From NCBI GenBank assembly GCA_964016885.1, contig OZ024762.1:28396001-28460000 (forward strand): a stretch of DNA of 64,000 nucleotides, written 5' to 3'. The translations under genes were made by a program, and so were the position numbers. How positions within the stretch are numbered: position 1 is the first letter of the stretch; every line of letters starts with the position of its first letter. Under the pieces are notes generated by a model. It was given only the letters and a program-made list of their open reading frames with translations, was not told the DNA's origin and ran no database searches. Positions 13,960 to 27,710 of this stretch are shown here, piece after piece. This DNA is from Eledone cirrhosa (taxonomy: Eukaryota).

Positions 13960-16900
13960 TTAAATATTGGATTGGTATGTAACAAGACAGTAGCTTTTAT
14001 TAAATATTAGGTTTGTCTGTAACAAGACAGTAGCTTTTATTCAATCTTGGGTTGGTGTATAACAAGACAGTAGCTTTTATTAAATATTGGGTTGGTCTGT
14101 AACAAGACAATAGCTTTTATTATATATTGGGTTGGTCTGTAACGAGAAAGTAGCTTTTATTCAATATTGGGTTGGTGTGTAACAAGACAGTAGCTTTTAT
14201 TCAATATTCGGTTAGTGTGTAACAAGACAATAGCTTTTATTAAATATTGGGTTGGTCTGTAACAAGACAGTAGCTTTTATTCAATATTAGGTTTGTCTGT
14301 AACAAGACAGTAGATTTTTTTCAATATTGGGTTGGTGTGTAACAAGACAGTAGCTTGTATTCAATATTAGGTTGGTCTGTAACAAGACAGTAGCTTTTAT
14401 TAAATATTGGGTTCGTGCGTAACAAGACAGTAGCTTTTATTAAATAATATGTTGGTCTGTAACAAGAAAATATCTTTTATTACATATTAGGTTGGTGTGT
14501 AACAAGACGGTAGCTTTTAGTAAATATTAGGTTGGTCTGTAACAAGACAGTAGCTTTTATTAAATATTGGGTTCGTGTGTAACAAGACAGTAGCTTTTAT
14601 TAAATAATATGTTGGTCTGTAACAAGATAGTAGCTTTTATTATATACTGGGTTGGCGTGTAACAAGACAGTAGTTTTATTAAATATTGGGTTTGTGTGTA
14701 ACAAGACAGTAGCTCTTATTAAATATTGGGTTTGTGTGTAACAAGACAGTAGCTTTTATTAAATAGTAGGTTGGTGTGTAACAAGACAGTAGTTTTATTA
14801 AATATTTGGTTGGTGTGTAACAAGACAGTAGCTTTTATTAAATATTAGGTTTGTCTGTAACAAGACGGTAGCTTTTATTCAATATTCGGTTGGTGTGTAG
14901 CTTTTATTAAATATTTAGGTTGGTCTGTAACAAGACAATAGCTTTTATCAAATATTGGGTTGGTGTGTAACAAGACAGTAGCTTTTAGTAAATATTAGGT
15001 TCGTCTGTAACAAGACGGTAGCTTTTATTCAATATTCGGTTGGTTACAACAAGACGGTAGCTTTTATTTAGTATTAGGTTGGTCTGTAACAATACAGTAG
15101 CTTTTATTAAATATTTGGTTGGTGTGTAACAAGACAGTAGCTTTGATTAAATATTAGGTTTGTGTGTAACAAGACTAGCTTTTATTAAATATTAGGTTGG
15201 TGTGTAACAAGACAGTAGCTTTTATTAAATATTAGGTTTGTGTGTAAATAGACAGTAGCTTTTATTAAATATTAGGTTGGTCTGTAAGATAGTAGCTTAT
15301 ATTATATATTGGGTTGGGGTGTAACAAGACAGTAGCTTTTATACTATATTAGGTTTGTCTGTAACAAGACAGTAGCTTTTATTCAATATTGGGTTGGTGT
15401 GTTACAAGACAGTAGCTTGTATTCAATATTAGGTTGGTCTGTAACAAGACAGTAGCTTTGATTAAATATTAGATTTGTGTGTAACAAGACTAGCTTTTAT
15501 TAAATATTAGGTTGGTGTGTAACAAGACAGTAGCATTTATTAAATATTATCTTGGTCTGTAACAAGACAATAGCTCTTATTAGATATTGGGTTGGTCCGT
15601 AACAAGAAAATAGCTTTTATTATGTATTGGGTTGGTGTGTAAGAAGACACTAGCTTTTATTAAATATTAGGTTGGTGTGTAACAAGACAGTAGCTTTCAT
15701 TAAATATTAGGTTGGTCTGTAACAAGATAGTAGTTTTTATTGTATATTGGGTTGGCGTGTAACAAGACGGTAGCTTTTATTAAATATTGGATTGGTACGT
15801 AACAAGACAGTAGCTTTTATTAAATATTAGGTTTGTCTGTAACAAGACAGTAGCTTTTATTCAATCTTGGGTTGGTGTGTAACAAGACAGTAGCTTTTAT
15901 TAAATATTGGGTTGGTCTGTAACAAGACAATAGCTTTTATTATATATTGGGTTGGTCTGTAACAAGACAGTAGCTTTTATTCAATATTGGGTTGGCGTGT
16001 AACAAGACAGTAGCTTTTATTCAATATTCGGTTGGTGTGTAACAAGACAGTAGCTTTTATTAAATATTGGGTTCGTGCGTAACAAGACAGTAGCTTTAAT
16101 TAAATAATATGTTGGTCTGTAACAAGAAAATATCTTTTATTATGTATTGGGTTGGTGTGTAACAAGACAGTAGCTTTTATTAAATATTAGGTTTGTGTGT
16201 AACTAGACAGTAGCTTTTATTACATATTAGGTTGGTGTGTAACAAGACGGTAGCTTTTATTAAATATTGGGTTAGGGTGTAACAAGACAGTATCTTTTAT
16301 TAAATATAGGATTGGTGTGTAACAAGACAGTAGCTTTGATTAAATATTGGGTTAGTGTGTAACAAGACAGTAGCTTTTATTAAATATTACGTTGTTGTGT
16401 AACAAGACACTAGCATTTATTCAATATTATGTTGGTCTGTAACAAGACAGTAGCTTTTATTCAATATTGGGTTGGTCTGAAACAAGACAGTAGCTTTTAT
16501 TAAATATTGGGTTGGTGTGTAACAAGACAGTAGCTTTTATTAAATATTGGGTTGGTGTGTAACAAGGCAGTTGCTTTTATGCATTATTGGGTTGGTCTGT
16601 AACAAGACCGTAGCTTTTATTCAATATTGGGTTCGCGTGTAACAAGACGGTAGCTTTTATTCAATATTGGGTTGGTGTGTAACAAGACAGTAGCTTTTAT
16701 TCAATATTGGGTTGGTCTGAAACAAGACAGTAGCTTTTATGCATTATTGGGTTGGTCTGTAACAAGACAGTAGCTTTTATTCAATATTGGGTTGGTGTGT
16801 CACAAGACAGTAGCTTTTATTAAATATTGGGTTGGTCTGTAACAAGACAGTAGCTTTTATTAAATATTGGGTTGGTCTGTAATAAGACAGTAGCTTTTAT

Positions 16901-19900
16901 TAAATATTGGGTTGGTGTGTAACAAGACAGTTGCTTTTATGCATTATTGGGTTGGTTTGTAACAAGACCGTAGCTTTTATTCAATATTGGGTTCGTGTGT
17001 AACAAGACAGTAGCTTTTATTCAATATTGGGTTGGTGTGTAACAAGACAGTAGCTTTTATTGAATATCGGGTTGGTCTGTAACGAGACAGTAGCTTTTAT
17101 TCAATATTAGGTTTGTGTGTAACAAGACAGTAGCTTTTATTAAATATTGCGTTGGTCTGTAACAAGACAGTAGCTCTAATTAAATATTGGGTTCGTGTGT
17201 AACAAGACAGTAGCTTTTATTAAATAATATGTTGGTCTGTAACAAGATAGTAGCTTTTATTATATACTGGGTTGGCGTGTAACAAGACAGTAGTTTTAAT
17301 AAATATTGGGTTTGTGTGTAACAAGACAGTAGCTTTTATTAAATATTGGGTTTGTGTGTAACAAGACAGTAGCCTTTATTCAATATTCGGTTGGTGTGTA
17401 GCTTTTATTAAATATTTAGGTTGGTCTGTAACAAGACAATAGCTTTTATCAAATATTGGGTTGGTGTGTAACAAGACAGTAGCTTTTAGTAAATATTAGG
17501 TTCGTCTGTAACAAGACGGTAGCTTTTATTCAATATTCGGTTGGTTACAACAAGACAGTAGCTTTTATTAAGTATTAGGTTGGTCTGTAACAAGACAGTA
17601 GCTTTTATTAAATATTGGTTTGGTGTGTAACAAGACAGTAGCTTGTATTCAATATTAGGTTGGTCTGTAACAAGACAGTAGCTTTGATTAAGTATTAGAT
17701 TTGTGTGTAACAAGACTAGCTTTTATTAAATATTAGGTTGGTGTGTAACAAGACAGTAGCATTTATTAAATATTATCTTGGTCTGTAACAAGACAATAGC
17801 TCTTATTAGATATTGGGTTGGTCCGTAACAAGAAAATAGCTTTTATTATGTATTGGGTTGGTGTGTAAGAAGACACTAGCTTTTATTAAATATTAGGTTG
17901 GTGTGTAACAAGACAGTAGCTTTCATTAAATATTAGGTTGGTCTGTAACAAGATAGTAGTTTTTATTGTATATTGGGTTGGCGTGTAACAAGACGGTAGC
18001 TTTTATTAAATATTGGATTGGTATGTAACAAGACAGTAGCTTTTATTAAATATTAGGTTTGTCTGTAACAAGACAGTAGCTTTTATTCAATCTTGGGTTG
18101 GTGTGTAACAAGACAGTAGCTTTTATTAAATATTGGGTTGGTCTGTAACAAGACAATAGCTTTTATTATATATTGGGTTGGTCTGTAACAAGAAAGTAGC
18201 TTTTATTCAATATTGGGTTGGTGTGTAACAAGACAGTAGCTTTTATTCAATATTCGGTTAGTGTGTAACAAGACAATAGCTTTTATTAAATATTGGGTTG
18301 GTCTGTAACAAGACAGTAGCTTTTATTCAATATTAGGTTTGTCTGTAACAAGACAGTAGATTTTTTTCAATATTGGGTTGGTGTGTAACAAGACAGTAGC
18401 TTGTATTCAATATTAGGTTGGTCTGTAACAAGACAGTAGCTTTTATTAAATATTGGGTTCGTGCGTAACAAGACAGTAGCTTTTATTAAATAATATGTTG
18501 GTCTGTAACAAGAAAATATCTTTTATTACATATTAGGTTGGTGTGTAACAAGACGGTAGCTTTTAGTAAATATTAGGTTGGTCTGTAACAAGACAGTAGC
18601 TTTTATTAAATATTGGGTTCGTGTGTAACAAGACAGTAGCTTTTATTAAATAATATGTTGGTCTGTAACAAGATAGTAGCTTTTATTATATACTGGGTTG
18701 GCGTGTAACAAGACAGTAGTTTTATTAAATATTGGGTTTGTGTGTAACAAGACAGTAGCTCTTATTAAATATTGGGTTTGTGTGTAACAAGACAGTAGCT
18801 TTTATTAAATAGTAGGTTGGTGTGTAACAAGACAGTAGTTTTATTAAATATTTGGTTGGTGTGTAACAAGACAGTAGCTTTTATTAAATATTAGGTTTGT
18901 CTGTAACAAGACGGTAGCTTTTATTCAATATTCGGTTGGTGTGTAGCTTTTATTAAATATTTAGGTTGGTCTGTAACAAGACAATAGCTTTTATCAAATA
19001 TTGGGTTGGTGTGTAACAAGACAGTAGCTTTTAGTAAATATTAGGTTCGTCTGTAACAAGACGGTAGCTTTTATTCAATATTCGGTTGGTTACAACAAGA
19101 CGGTAGCTTTTATTTAGTATTAGGTTGGTCTGTAACAATACAGTAGCTTTTATTAAATATTTGGTTGGTGTGTAACAAGACAGTAGCTTTGATTAAATAT
19201 TAGGTTTGTGTGTAACAAGACTAGCTTTTATTAAATATTAGGTTGGTGTGTAACAAGACAGTAGCTTTTATTAAATATTAGGTTTGTGTGTAAATAGACA
19301 GTAGCTTTTATTAAATATTAGGTTGGTCTGTAAGATAGTAGCTTATATTATATATTGGGTTGGGGTGTAACAAGACAGTAGCTTTTATACTATATTAGGT
19401 TTGTCTGTAACAAGACAGTAGCTTTTATTCAATATTGGGTTGGTGTGTTACAAGACAGTAGCTTGTATTCAATATTAGGTTGGTCTGTAACAAGACAGTA
19501 GCTTTGATTAAATATTAGATTTGTGTGTAACAAGACTAGCTTTTATTAAATATTAGGTTGGTGTGTAACAAGACAGTAGCATTTATTAAATATTATCTTG
19601 GTCTGTAACAAGACAATAGCTCTTATTAGATATTGGGTTGGTCCGTAACAAGAAAATAGCTTTTATTATGTATTGGGTTGGTGTGTAAGAAGACACTAGC
19701 TTTTATTAAATATTAGGTTGGTGTGTAACAAGACAGTAGCTTTCATTAAATATTAGGTTGGTCTGTAACAAGATAGTAGTTTTTATTGTATATTGGGTTG
19801 GCGTGTAACAAGACGGTAGCTTTTATTAAATATTGGATTGGTATGTAACAAGTCAGTAGCTTTTATTAAATATTAGGTTTGTCTGTAACAAGACAGTAGC

Positions 19901-21690
19901 TTTTATTCAATCTTGGGTTGGTGTTTAACAAGACAGTAGCTTTTATTAAATATTGGGTTGGTCTGTAACAAGACAATAGCTTTTATTATATATTGGGTTG
20001 GTCTGTAACAAGACAGTAGCTTTTATTCAATATTGGGTTGGCGTGTAACAAGACAGTAGCTTTTATTCAATATTCGGTTGGTGTGTAACAAGACAGTAGC
20101 TTTTATTAAATATTGGGTTCGTGCGTAACAAGACAGTAGCTTTAATTAAATAATATGTTGGTCTGTAACAAGAAAATATCTTTTATTATGTATTGGGTTG
20201 GTGTGTAACAAGACAGTAGCTTTTATTAAATATTAGGTTTGTGTGTAACTAGACAGTAGCTTTTATTACATATTAGGTTGGTGTGTAACAAGACGGTAGC
20301 TTTTATTAAATATTGGGTTAGGGTGTAACAAGACAGTATCTTTTATTAAATATAGGATTGGTGTGTAACAAGACAGTAGCTTTGATTAAATATTGGGTTA
20401 GTGTGTAACAAGACAGTAGCTTTTATTAAATATTACGTTGTTGTGTAACAAGACACTAGCATTTATTCAATATTATGTTGGTCTGTAACAAGACAGTAGC
20501 TTTTATTCAATATTGGGTTGGTCTGAAACAAGACAGTAGCTTTTATTAAATATTGGGTTGGTGTGTAACAAGACAGTAGCTTTTATTAAATATTGGGTTG
20601 GTGTGTAACAAGGCAGTTGCTTTTATGCATTATTGGGTTGGTCTGTAACAAGACCGTAGCTTTTATTCAATATTGGGTTCGCGTGTAACAAGACGGTAGC
20701 TTTTATTCAATATTGGTTTGGTGTGTAACAAGACAGTAGCTTTTATTCAATATTGGGTTGGTCTGAAACAAGACAGTAGCTTTTATGCATTATTGGGTTG
20801 GTCTGTAACAAGACAGTAGCTTTTATTCAATATTGGGTTGGTGTGTCACAAGACAGTAGCTTTTATTAAATATTGGGTTGGTCTGTAACAAGACAGTAGC
20901 TTTTATTAAATATTGGGTTGGTCTGTAATAAGACAGTAGCTTTTATTAAATATTGGGTTGGTGTGTAACAAGACAGTTGCTTTTATGCATTATTGGGTTG
21001 GTTTGTAACAAGACCGTAGCTTTTATTCAATATTGGGTTCGTGTGTAACAAGACAGTAGCTTTTATTCAATATTGGGTTGGTGTGTAACAAGACAGTAGC
21101 TTTTATTGAATATCGGGTTGGTCTGTAACGAGACAGTAGCTTTTATTCAATATTAGGTTTGTGTGTAACAAGACAGTAGCTTTTATTAAATATTGCGTTG
21201 GTCTGTAACAAGACAGTAGCTCTAATTAAATATTGGGTTCGTGTGTAACAAGACAGTAGCTTTTATTAAATAATATGTTGGTCTGTAACAAGATAGTAGC
21301 TTTTATTATATACTGGGTTGGCGTGTAACAAGACAGTAGTTTTAATAAATATTGGGTTTGTGTGTAACAAGACAGTAGCTTTTATTAAATATTGGGTTTG
21401 TGTGTAACAAGACAGTAGCCTTTATTCAATATTCGGTTGGTGTGTAGCTTTTATTAAATATTTAGGTTGGTCTGTAACAAGACAATAGCTTTTATCAAAT
21501 ATTGGGTTGGTGTGTAACAAGACAGTAGCTTTTAGTAAATATTAGGTTCGTCTGTAACAAGACGGTAGCTTTTATTCAATATTCGGTTGGTTACAACAAG
21601 ACAGTAGCTTTTATTAAGTATTAGGTTGGTCTGTAACAAGACAGTAGCTTTTATTAAATATTGGTTTGGTGTGTAACAAGACAGTAGCTT
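13960..21690. repeat. Higher-order duplication, 4046-bp offset (~13960-17643 vs ~18006-21689)
   Basis: Markers at constant offset 4046: tagatttttt 14311/18357, tctgtaagat 15281/19327, gttagggtgt 16271/20317, gcattatt 16581/20627. Confidence 0.92.
16260..17170. repeat. Divergent monomer sub-family island (copy 1; copy 2 at ~20306-21216; partial copy at ~23570-23960)
   Basis: A run of mostly tattggg-type monomers with private variants (ttttatgcattatt, gaccgtagc, gtgtcacaag, tgaatatcgg) that I did not see outside these three blocks. Confidence 0.85.
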
Positions 21691-24600
21691 TTATTCAATA
21701 TTAGGTTGGTGTTAAACAAGACAGTAGCTTTTATTAAATATTAGGTTGATGTGTAACAAGAAAGTAGCTTTTATTAAATATTAGGTTGGTCTGTAATAAG
21801 ACAATAGCTTTCATTTTATATTGGGTTGGTATGTAACAAGACAGTAGCTTTTATTCAATATTAGGTTGTTGTGTAACAAGACAGTAGCTTTTATTCAATA
21901 TTGGATTGGTGTGTAACAAGACAGTAGCTTGTATTCAATATTAGGTTGGTCTGTAACAAGACAGTAGCTTGCATTATATATTGGGTTGGTGTGTAACAAG
22001 ACAGTAGCTTTTATTAAATATTAGGTTGGTCTGTAACAAGACAGTAGCTTTTATTAAATATTGGGTTGGTGTGTAACAAGACAGTAGCTTTTATTAAATA
22101 TTACTTTGGTATGTAATAAGACAATAGCTTTCATAATATATTGGGTTGGTGTGTAACAAGACAGTAGCTTTTATTCAATATTATGTTCGTCTGTAACAAG
22201 ACAGTAGCTTTTATTCAATATTGGGTTGGTGTGTAACAAGACAGTAGCTTGTATTCAATATTAGGTTGGTCTGTAACAAGACAGTAGCTTTTATTAAATA
22301 TTGGGTTGGTGTGTAACAAGACAGTAGCTTTGATTAAATATTAGGTTTGTGTGTAACAAGACTAGCTTTTATTAAATATTAGGTTGGTGTGTAACAAGAC
22401 AGTAGATTTTATTAAATATTAGGTTTGTGTGTAAATAGACAGTAGCTTTTATTAAATATTAGGTTGGTCTGTAACAAGATAGTAGCTTATATTATATATT
22501 GGGTTGGGGTGTAACAAGACAGTAGTTTTATTAAATATTAGGTTGGTCTGTAACAAGACGGTAGCTTTTATTCAATATTCGTTTGGTGTGTAACAAAACA
22601 GTAGCTGTTATTAAGTATTGGATTTGTCTGTAAAAAGACAGTAGCTTTTATTAAATATTTGGTTCGTGTGTAACAAGACAGTAGCTTTTATTAAATATTA
22701 AGTTGGTCTGTAACAAGACGGTAGCTTTTATTCAATATTCGGTTGGTGTGTAACGAGACAGTAGCTTTTATTCAATATTAGGTTGTTGTGTAACAAGACA
22801 GTAGCTTTTATTCAATATTGGGTTGGTGTGTAACAAGACAGTAGCATGTATTCAATATTAGGTTGGTCTGTAACAAGACAGTAGCTTTCATTATATTTTG
22901 GGTTGGTGTGTAACAAGACAGTAGCTTTTATTAAATATTAGGTTGGTCTGTAATAAGACAATAGCTTTCATTATATATTGGCTTGGTGTGTAACAAACAG
23001 TAGCTTTTATTCTATATTAGGTTTGTCTGTAACAAGACAGTAGCTTTTATTCAATATTGGGTTGGTGTGTAACAAGACAGTAGCTTGTATTCAATATTAG
23101 GTTGGTCTGTAACAAGACAGTAGCTTTGATTAAATATTAGGTTTGTGTGTAACAAGACTAGCTTTTATTAAATATTATGTTGGTCTGTAACAAGACAATA
23201 GCTCTTATTAAATATTGGGTTGGTCTGTAACAAGAAAATAGCTTTTATTATGCATTGGGTTGGTGTGTAAGAAGACAGTAGCTTTCATTAAATATTAGGT
23301 TGGTCTGTAACAAGGTAGTAGTTTTTATTGTATATTGGGTAGGCGTGTAACAAGACAGTAGCTTTTAGTAAATATTGGATTGGTACGTTACAAGACAGTA
23401 GCTTTTATTAAATATTAGGTTTGTCTGTAACAACACAGTAGCTTTTATTCAATCTTGGGTTGGTGTGTAACAAGACAGTAGCTTTTATTAAATATTGGGT
23501 TGGTCTGTAACAAGACAATAGCTTTTATTATATATTGGGTTGGTCTGTAACAAGACAGTAGCTTTTATTCAATATTGGGTTGGTGTGTCACAAGACAGTA
23601 GCTTTTATTAAATATTGGGTTGGTCTGTAACAAGACAGTAGCTTTTATTAAATATTGGGTTGGTCTGTAATAAGACAGTAGCTTTTATTAAATATTGGGT
23701 TGGTGTGTAACAAGACAGTTGCTTTTATGCATTATTGGGTTGGTTTGTAACAAGACCGTAGCTTTTATTCAATATTGGGTTCGTGTGTAACAAGACAGTA
23801 GCTTTTATTCAATATTGGGTTGGTGTGTAACAAGACAGTAGCTTTTATTGAATATCGGGTTGGTCTGTAACGAGACAGTAGCTTTTATTCAATATTAGGT
23901 TTGTGTGTAACAAGACAGTAGCTTTTATTAAATATTGCGTTGGTCTGTAACAGGACAGTAGCTCTAATTAAATATTGGGTTCGTGTGTAACAAGACAGTA
24001 GCTTTTATTAAATAATATGTTGGTCTGTAACAAGATAGTAGCTTTTATTATATACTGGGTTGGCGTGTAACAAGACAGTAGTTTTAATAAATATTGGGTT
24101 TGTGTGTAACAAGACAGTAGCTTTTATTAAATATTGGGTTTGTGTGTAACAAGACAGTAGCCTTTATTCAATATTCGGTTGGTGTGTAGCTTTTATTAAA
24201 TATTTAGGTTGGTCTGTAACAAGACAATAGCTTTTATCAAATATTGGGTTGGTGTGTAACAAGACAGTAGCTTTTAGTAAATATTAGGTTCGTCTGTAAC
24301 AAGACGGTAGTTTTTATTCAATATTCGGTTGGTTACAACAAGACAGTAGCTTTTATTAAGTATTAGGTTGGTCTGTAACAAGACAGTAGCTTTTATTAAA
24401 TATTGGTTTGGTGTGTAACAAGACAGTAGCTTTTATTCAATATTAGGTTGGTGTTAAACAAGACAGTAGCTTTTATTAAATATTAGGTTGATGTGTAACA
24501 AGAAAGTAGCTTTTATTAAATATTAGGTTGGTCTGTAATAAGACAATAGCTTTCATTTTATATTGGGTTGGTATGTAACAAGACAGTAGCTTTTATTCAA

Positions 24601-26275
24601 TATTAGGTTGTTGTGTAACAAGACAGTAGCTTTTATTCAATATTGGATTGGTGTGTAACAAGACAGTAGCTTGTATTCAATATTAGGTTGGTCTGTAACA
24701 AGACAGTAGCTTGCATTATATATTGGGTTGGTGTGTAACAAGACAGTAGCTTTTATTAAATATTAGGTTGGTCTGTAACAAGACAGTAGCTTTTATTAAA
24801 TATTGGGTTGGTGTGAAACAAGACAGTAGCTTTTATTAAATATTACTTTGGTATGTAATAAGACAATAGCTTTCATAATATATTGGGTTGGTGTGTAACA
24901 AGACAGTAGCTTTTATTCAATATTATGTTCGTCTGTAACAAGACAGTAGCTTTTAATCAATATTGGGTTGGTGTGTAACAAGACAGTAGCTTGTATTCAA
25001 TATTGTGTTGGTCTGTAACAAGACAGTAGCTTTTATTAAATATTGGGTTGGTGTGTAACAAGACAGTAGCTTTGATTAAATATTAGGTTTGTGTGTAACA
25101 AGACTAGCTTTTATTAAATATTAGGTTGGTGTGTAACAAGACAGTAGATTTTATTAAATATTAGGTTTGTGTGTAAATAGACAGTAGCTTTTATTAAATA
25201 TTAGGTTGGTCTGTAACAAGATAGTAGCTTATATTATATATTGGGTTGGGGTGTAACAAGACAGTAGTTTTATTAAATATTAGGTTGGTCTGTAACAAGA
25301 CGGTAGCTTTTATTCAATATTCGTTTGGTGTGTAACAAGACAGTAGCTGTTATTAAGTATTGGATTTGTCTGTAAAAAGACAGTAGCTTTTATTAAATAT
25401 TTGGTTCGTGTGTAACAAGACAGTAGCTTTTATTAAATATTAAGTTGGTCTGTAACAAGACGGTAGCTTTTATTCAATATTCGGTTGGTGTGTAACAAGA
25501 CAGTAGCTTTTATTCAATATTAGGTTGTTGTGTAACAAGACAGTAGCTTTTATTCAATATTGGGTTGGTGTGTAACAAGACAGTAGCATGTAGTCAATAT
25601 TAGGTTGGTCTGTAACAAGACAGTAGCTTTCATTATATTTTGGGTTGGTGTGTAACAAGACAGTAGCTTTTATTAAATATTAGGTTGGTCTGTAATAAGA
25701 CAATAGCTTTCATTATATATTGGGTTGGTGTGTAACAAACAGTAGCTTTTATTCTATATTAGGTTTGTCTGTAACAAGACAGTAGCTTTTATTCAATATT
25801 GGGTTGGTGTGTAACAAGACAGTAGCTTGTATTCAATATTAGGTTGGTCTGTAACAAGACAGTAGCTTTGATTAAATATTAGGTTTGTGTGTAACAAGAC
25901 TAGCTTTTATTAAATATTAGGTTGGTGTGTAACAAGACAGTAGCTTTTATTAAATATTATGTTGGTCTGTAACAAGACAATAGCTCTTATTAAATATTGG
26001 GTTGGTCTGTAACAAGAAAATAGCTTTTATTATGCATTGGGTTGGTGTGTAAGAAGACAGTAGCTTTCATTAAATATTAGGTTGGTCTGTAACAAGGTAG
26101 TAGTTTTTATTGTATATTGGGTAGGCGTGTAACAAGACAGTAGCTTTTAGTAAATATTGGATTGGTACGTTACAAGACAGTAGCTTTTATTAAATATTAG
26201 GTTTGTCTGTAACAACACAGTAGCTTTTATTCAATCTTGGGTTGGTGTGTAACAAGACAGTAGCTTTTATTAAAT
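20830..26275. repeat. Higher-order tandem duplication, ~2742-bp period
   Basis: gtgtgtca 20841/23583 and ttactttgg 22101/24843 share offset 2742. Copy 1 lacks one monomer near 23165 relative to copy 2. Confidence 0.88.
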
Positions 26276-27710
26276 ATTACTTTGGTATGTAATAAGACAA
26301 TAGCTTTCATAATATATTGGGTTGGTGTGTAACAAGACAGTAGCTTTTATTCAATATTATGTTCGTCTGTAACAAGACAGTAGCTTTTAATCAATATTGG
26401 GTTGGTGTGTAACAAGACAGTAGCTTGTATTCAATATTGGGTTGGTCTGTAACAAGACAGTAGCTTTTATTAAATATTGGGTTGGTGTGTAACAAGACAG
26501 TAGCTTTGATTAAATATTAGGTTTGTGTGTAACAAGACTAGCTTTTATTAAATATTAGGTTGGTGTGTAACAAGACAGTAGATTTTATTAAATATTAGGT
26601 TTGTGTGTAAATAGACAGTAGCTTTTATTAAATATTAGGTTGGTCTGTAACAAGATAGTAGCTTATATTATATATTGGGTTGGGGTGTAACAAGACAGTA
26701 GTTTTATTAAATATTAGGTTGGTCTGTAACAAGACGGTAGCTTTTATTCAATATTCGTTTGGTGTGTAACAAGACAGTAGCTGTTATTAAGTATTGGATT
26801 TGTCTGTAAAAAGACAGTAGCTTTTATTAAATATTTGGTTCGTGTGTAACAAGACAGTAGCTTTTATTAAATATTAAGTTGGTCTGTAACAAGACGGTAG
26901 CTTTTATTCAATATTCGGTTGGTGTGTAACAAGACAGTAGCTTTTATTCAATATTAGGTTGTTGTGTAACAAGACAGTAGCTTTTATTCAATATTGGGTT
27001 GGTGTGTAACAAGACAGTAGCATGTAGTCAATATTAGGTTGGTCTGTAACAAGACAGTAGCTTTCATTATATTTTGGGTTGGTGTGTAACAAGACAGTAG
27101 CTTTTATTAAATATTAGGTTGGTCTGTAATAAGACAATAGCTTTCATTATATATTGGGTTGGTGTGTAACAAACAGTAGCTTTTATTCTATATTAGGTTT
27201 GTCTGTAACAAGACAGTAGCTTTTATTCAATATTGGGTTGGTGTGTAACAAGACAGTAGCTTGTATTCAATATTAGGTTGGTCTGTAACAAGACAGTAGC
27301 TTTGATTAAATATTAGGTTTGTGTGTAACAAGACTAGCTTTTATTAAATATTAGGTTGGTGTGTAACAAGACAGTAGCTTTTATTAAATATTATGTTGGT
27401 CTGTAACAAGACAATAGCTCTTATTAAATATTGGGTTGGTCTGTAACAAGAAAATAGCTTTTATTATGCATTGGGTTGGTGTGTAAGAAGACAGTAGCTT
27501 TCATTAAATATTAGGTTGGTCTGTAACAAGGTAGTAGTTTTTATTGTATATTGGGTAGGCGTGTAACAAGACAGTAGCTTTTAGTAAATATTGGATTGGT
27601 ACGTTACAAGACAGTAGCTTTTATTAAATATTAGGTTTGTCTGTAACAACACAGTAGCTTTTATTCAATCTTGGGTTGGTGTGTAACAAGACAGTAGCTT
27701 TTATTAAATA
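24840..27710. repeat. Nested tandem duplication, 1434-bp period (36 monomers)
   Basis: ttactttgg 24843/26277 and catgtagtca 25587/27021 share offset 1434, which equals 36x40-6. Confidence 0.9.

Noticed and set aside
17486-17713. 75-aa minus-strand ORF
   Set aside because: It lies wholly within the satellite and starts at a TTG codon inside the monomer. The peptide cycles through the three frames of the 40-mer, and it is open only because variants remove stop codons by chance.
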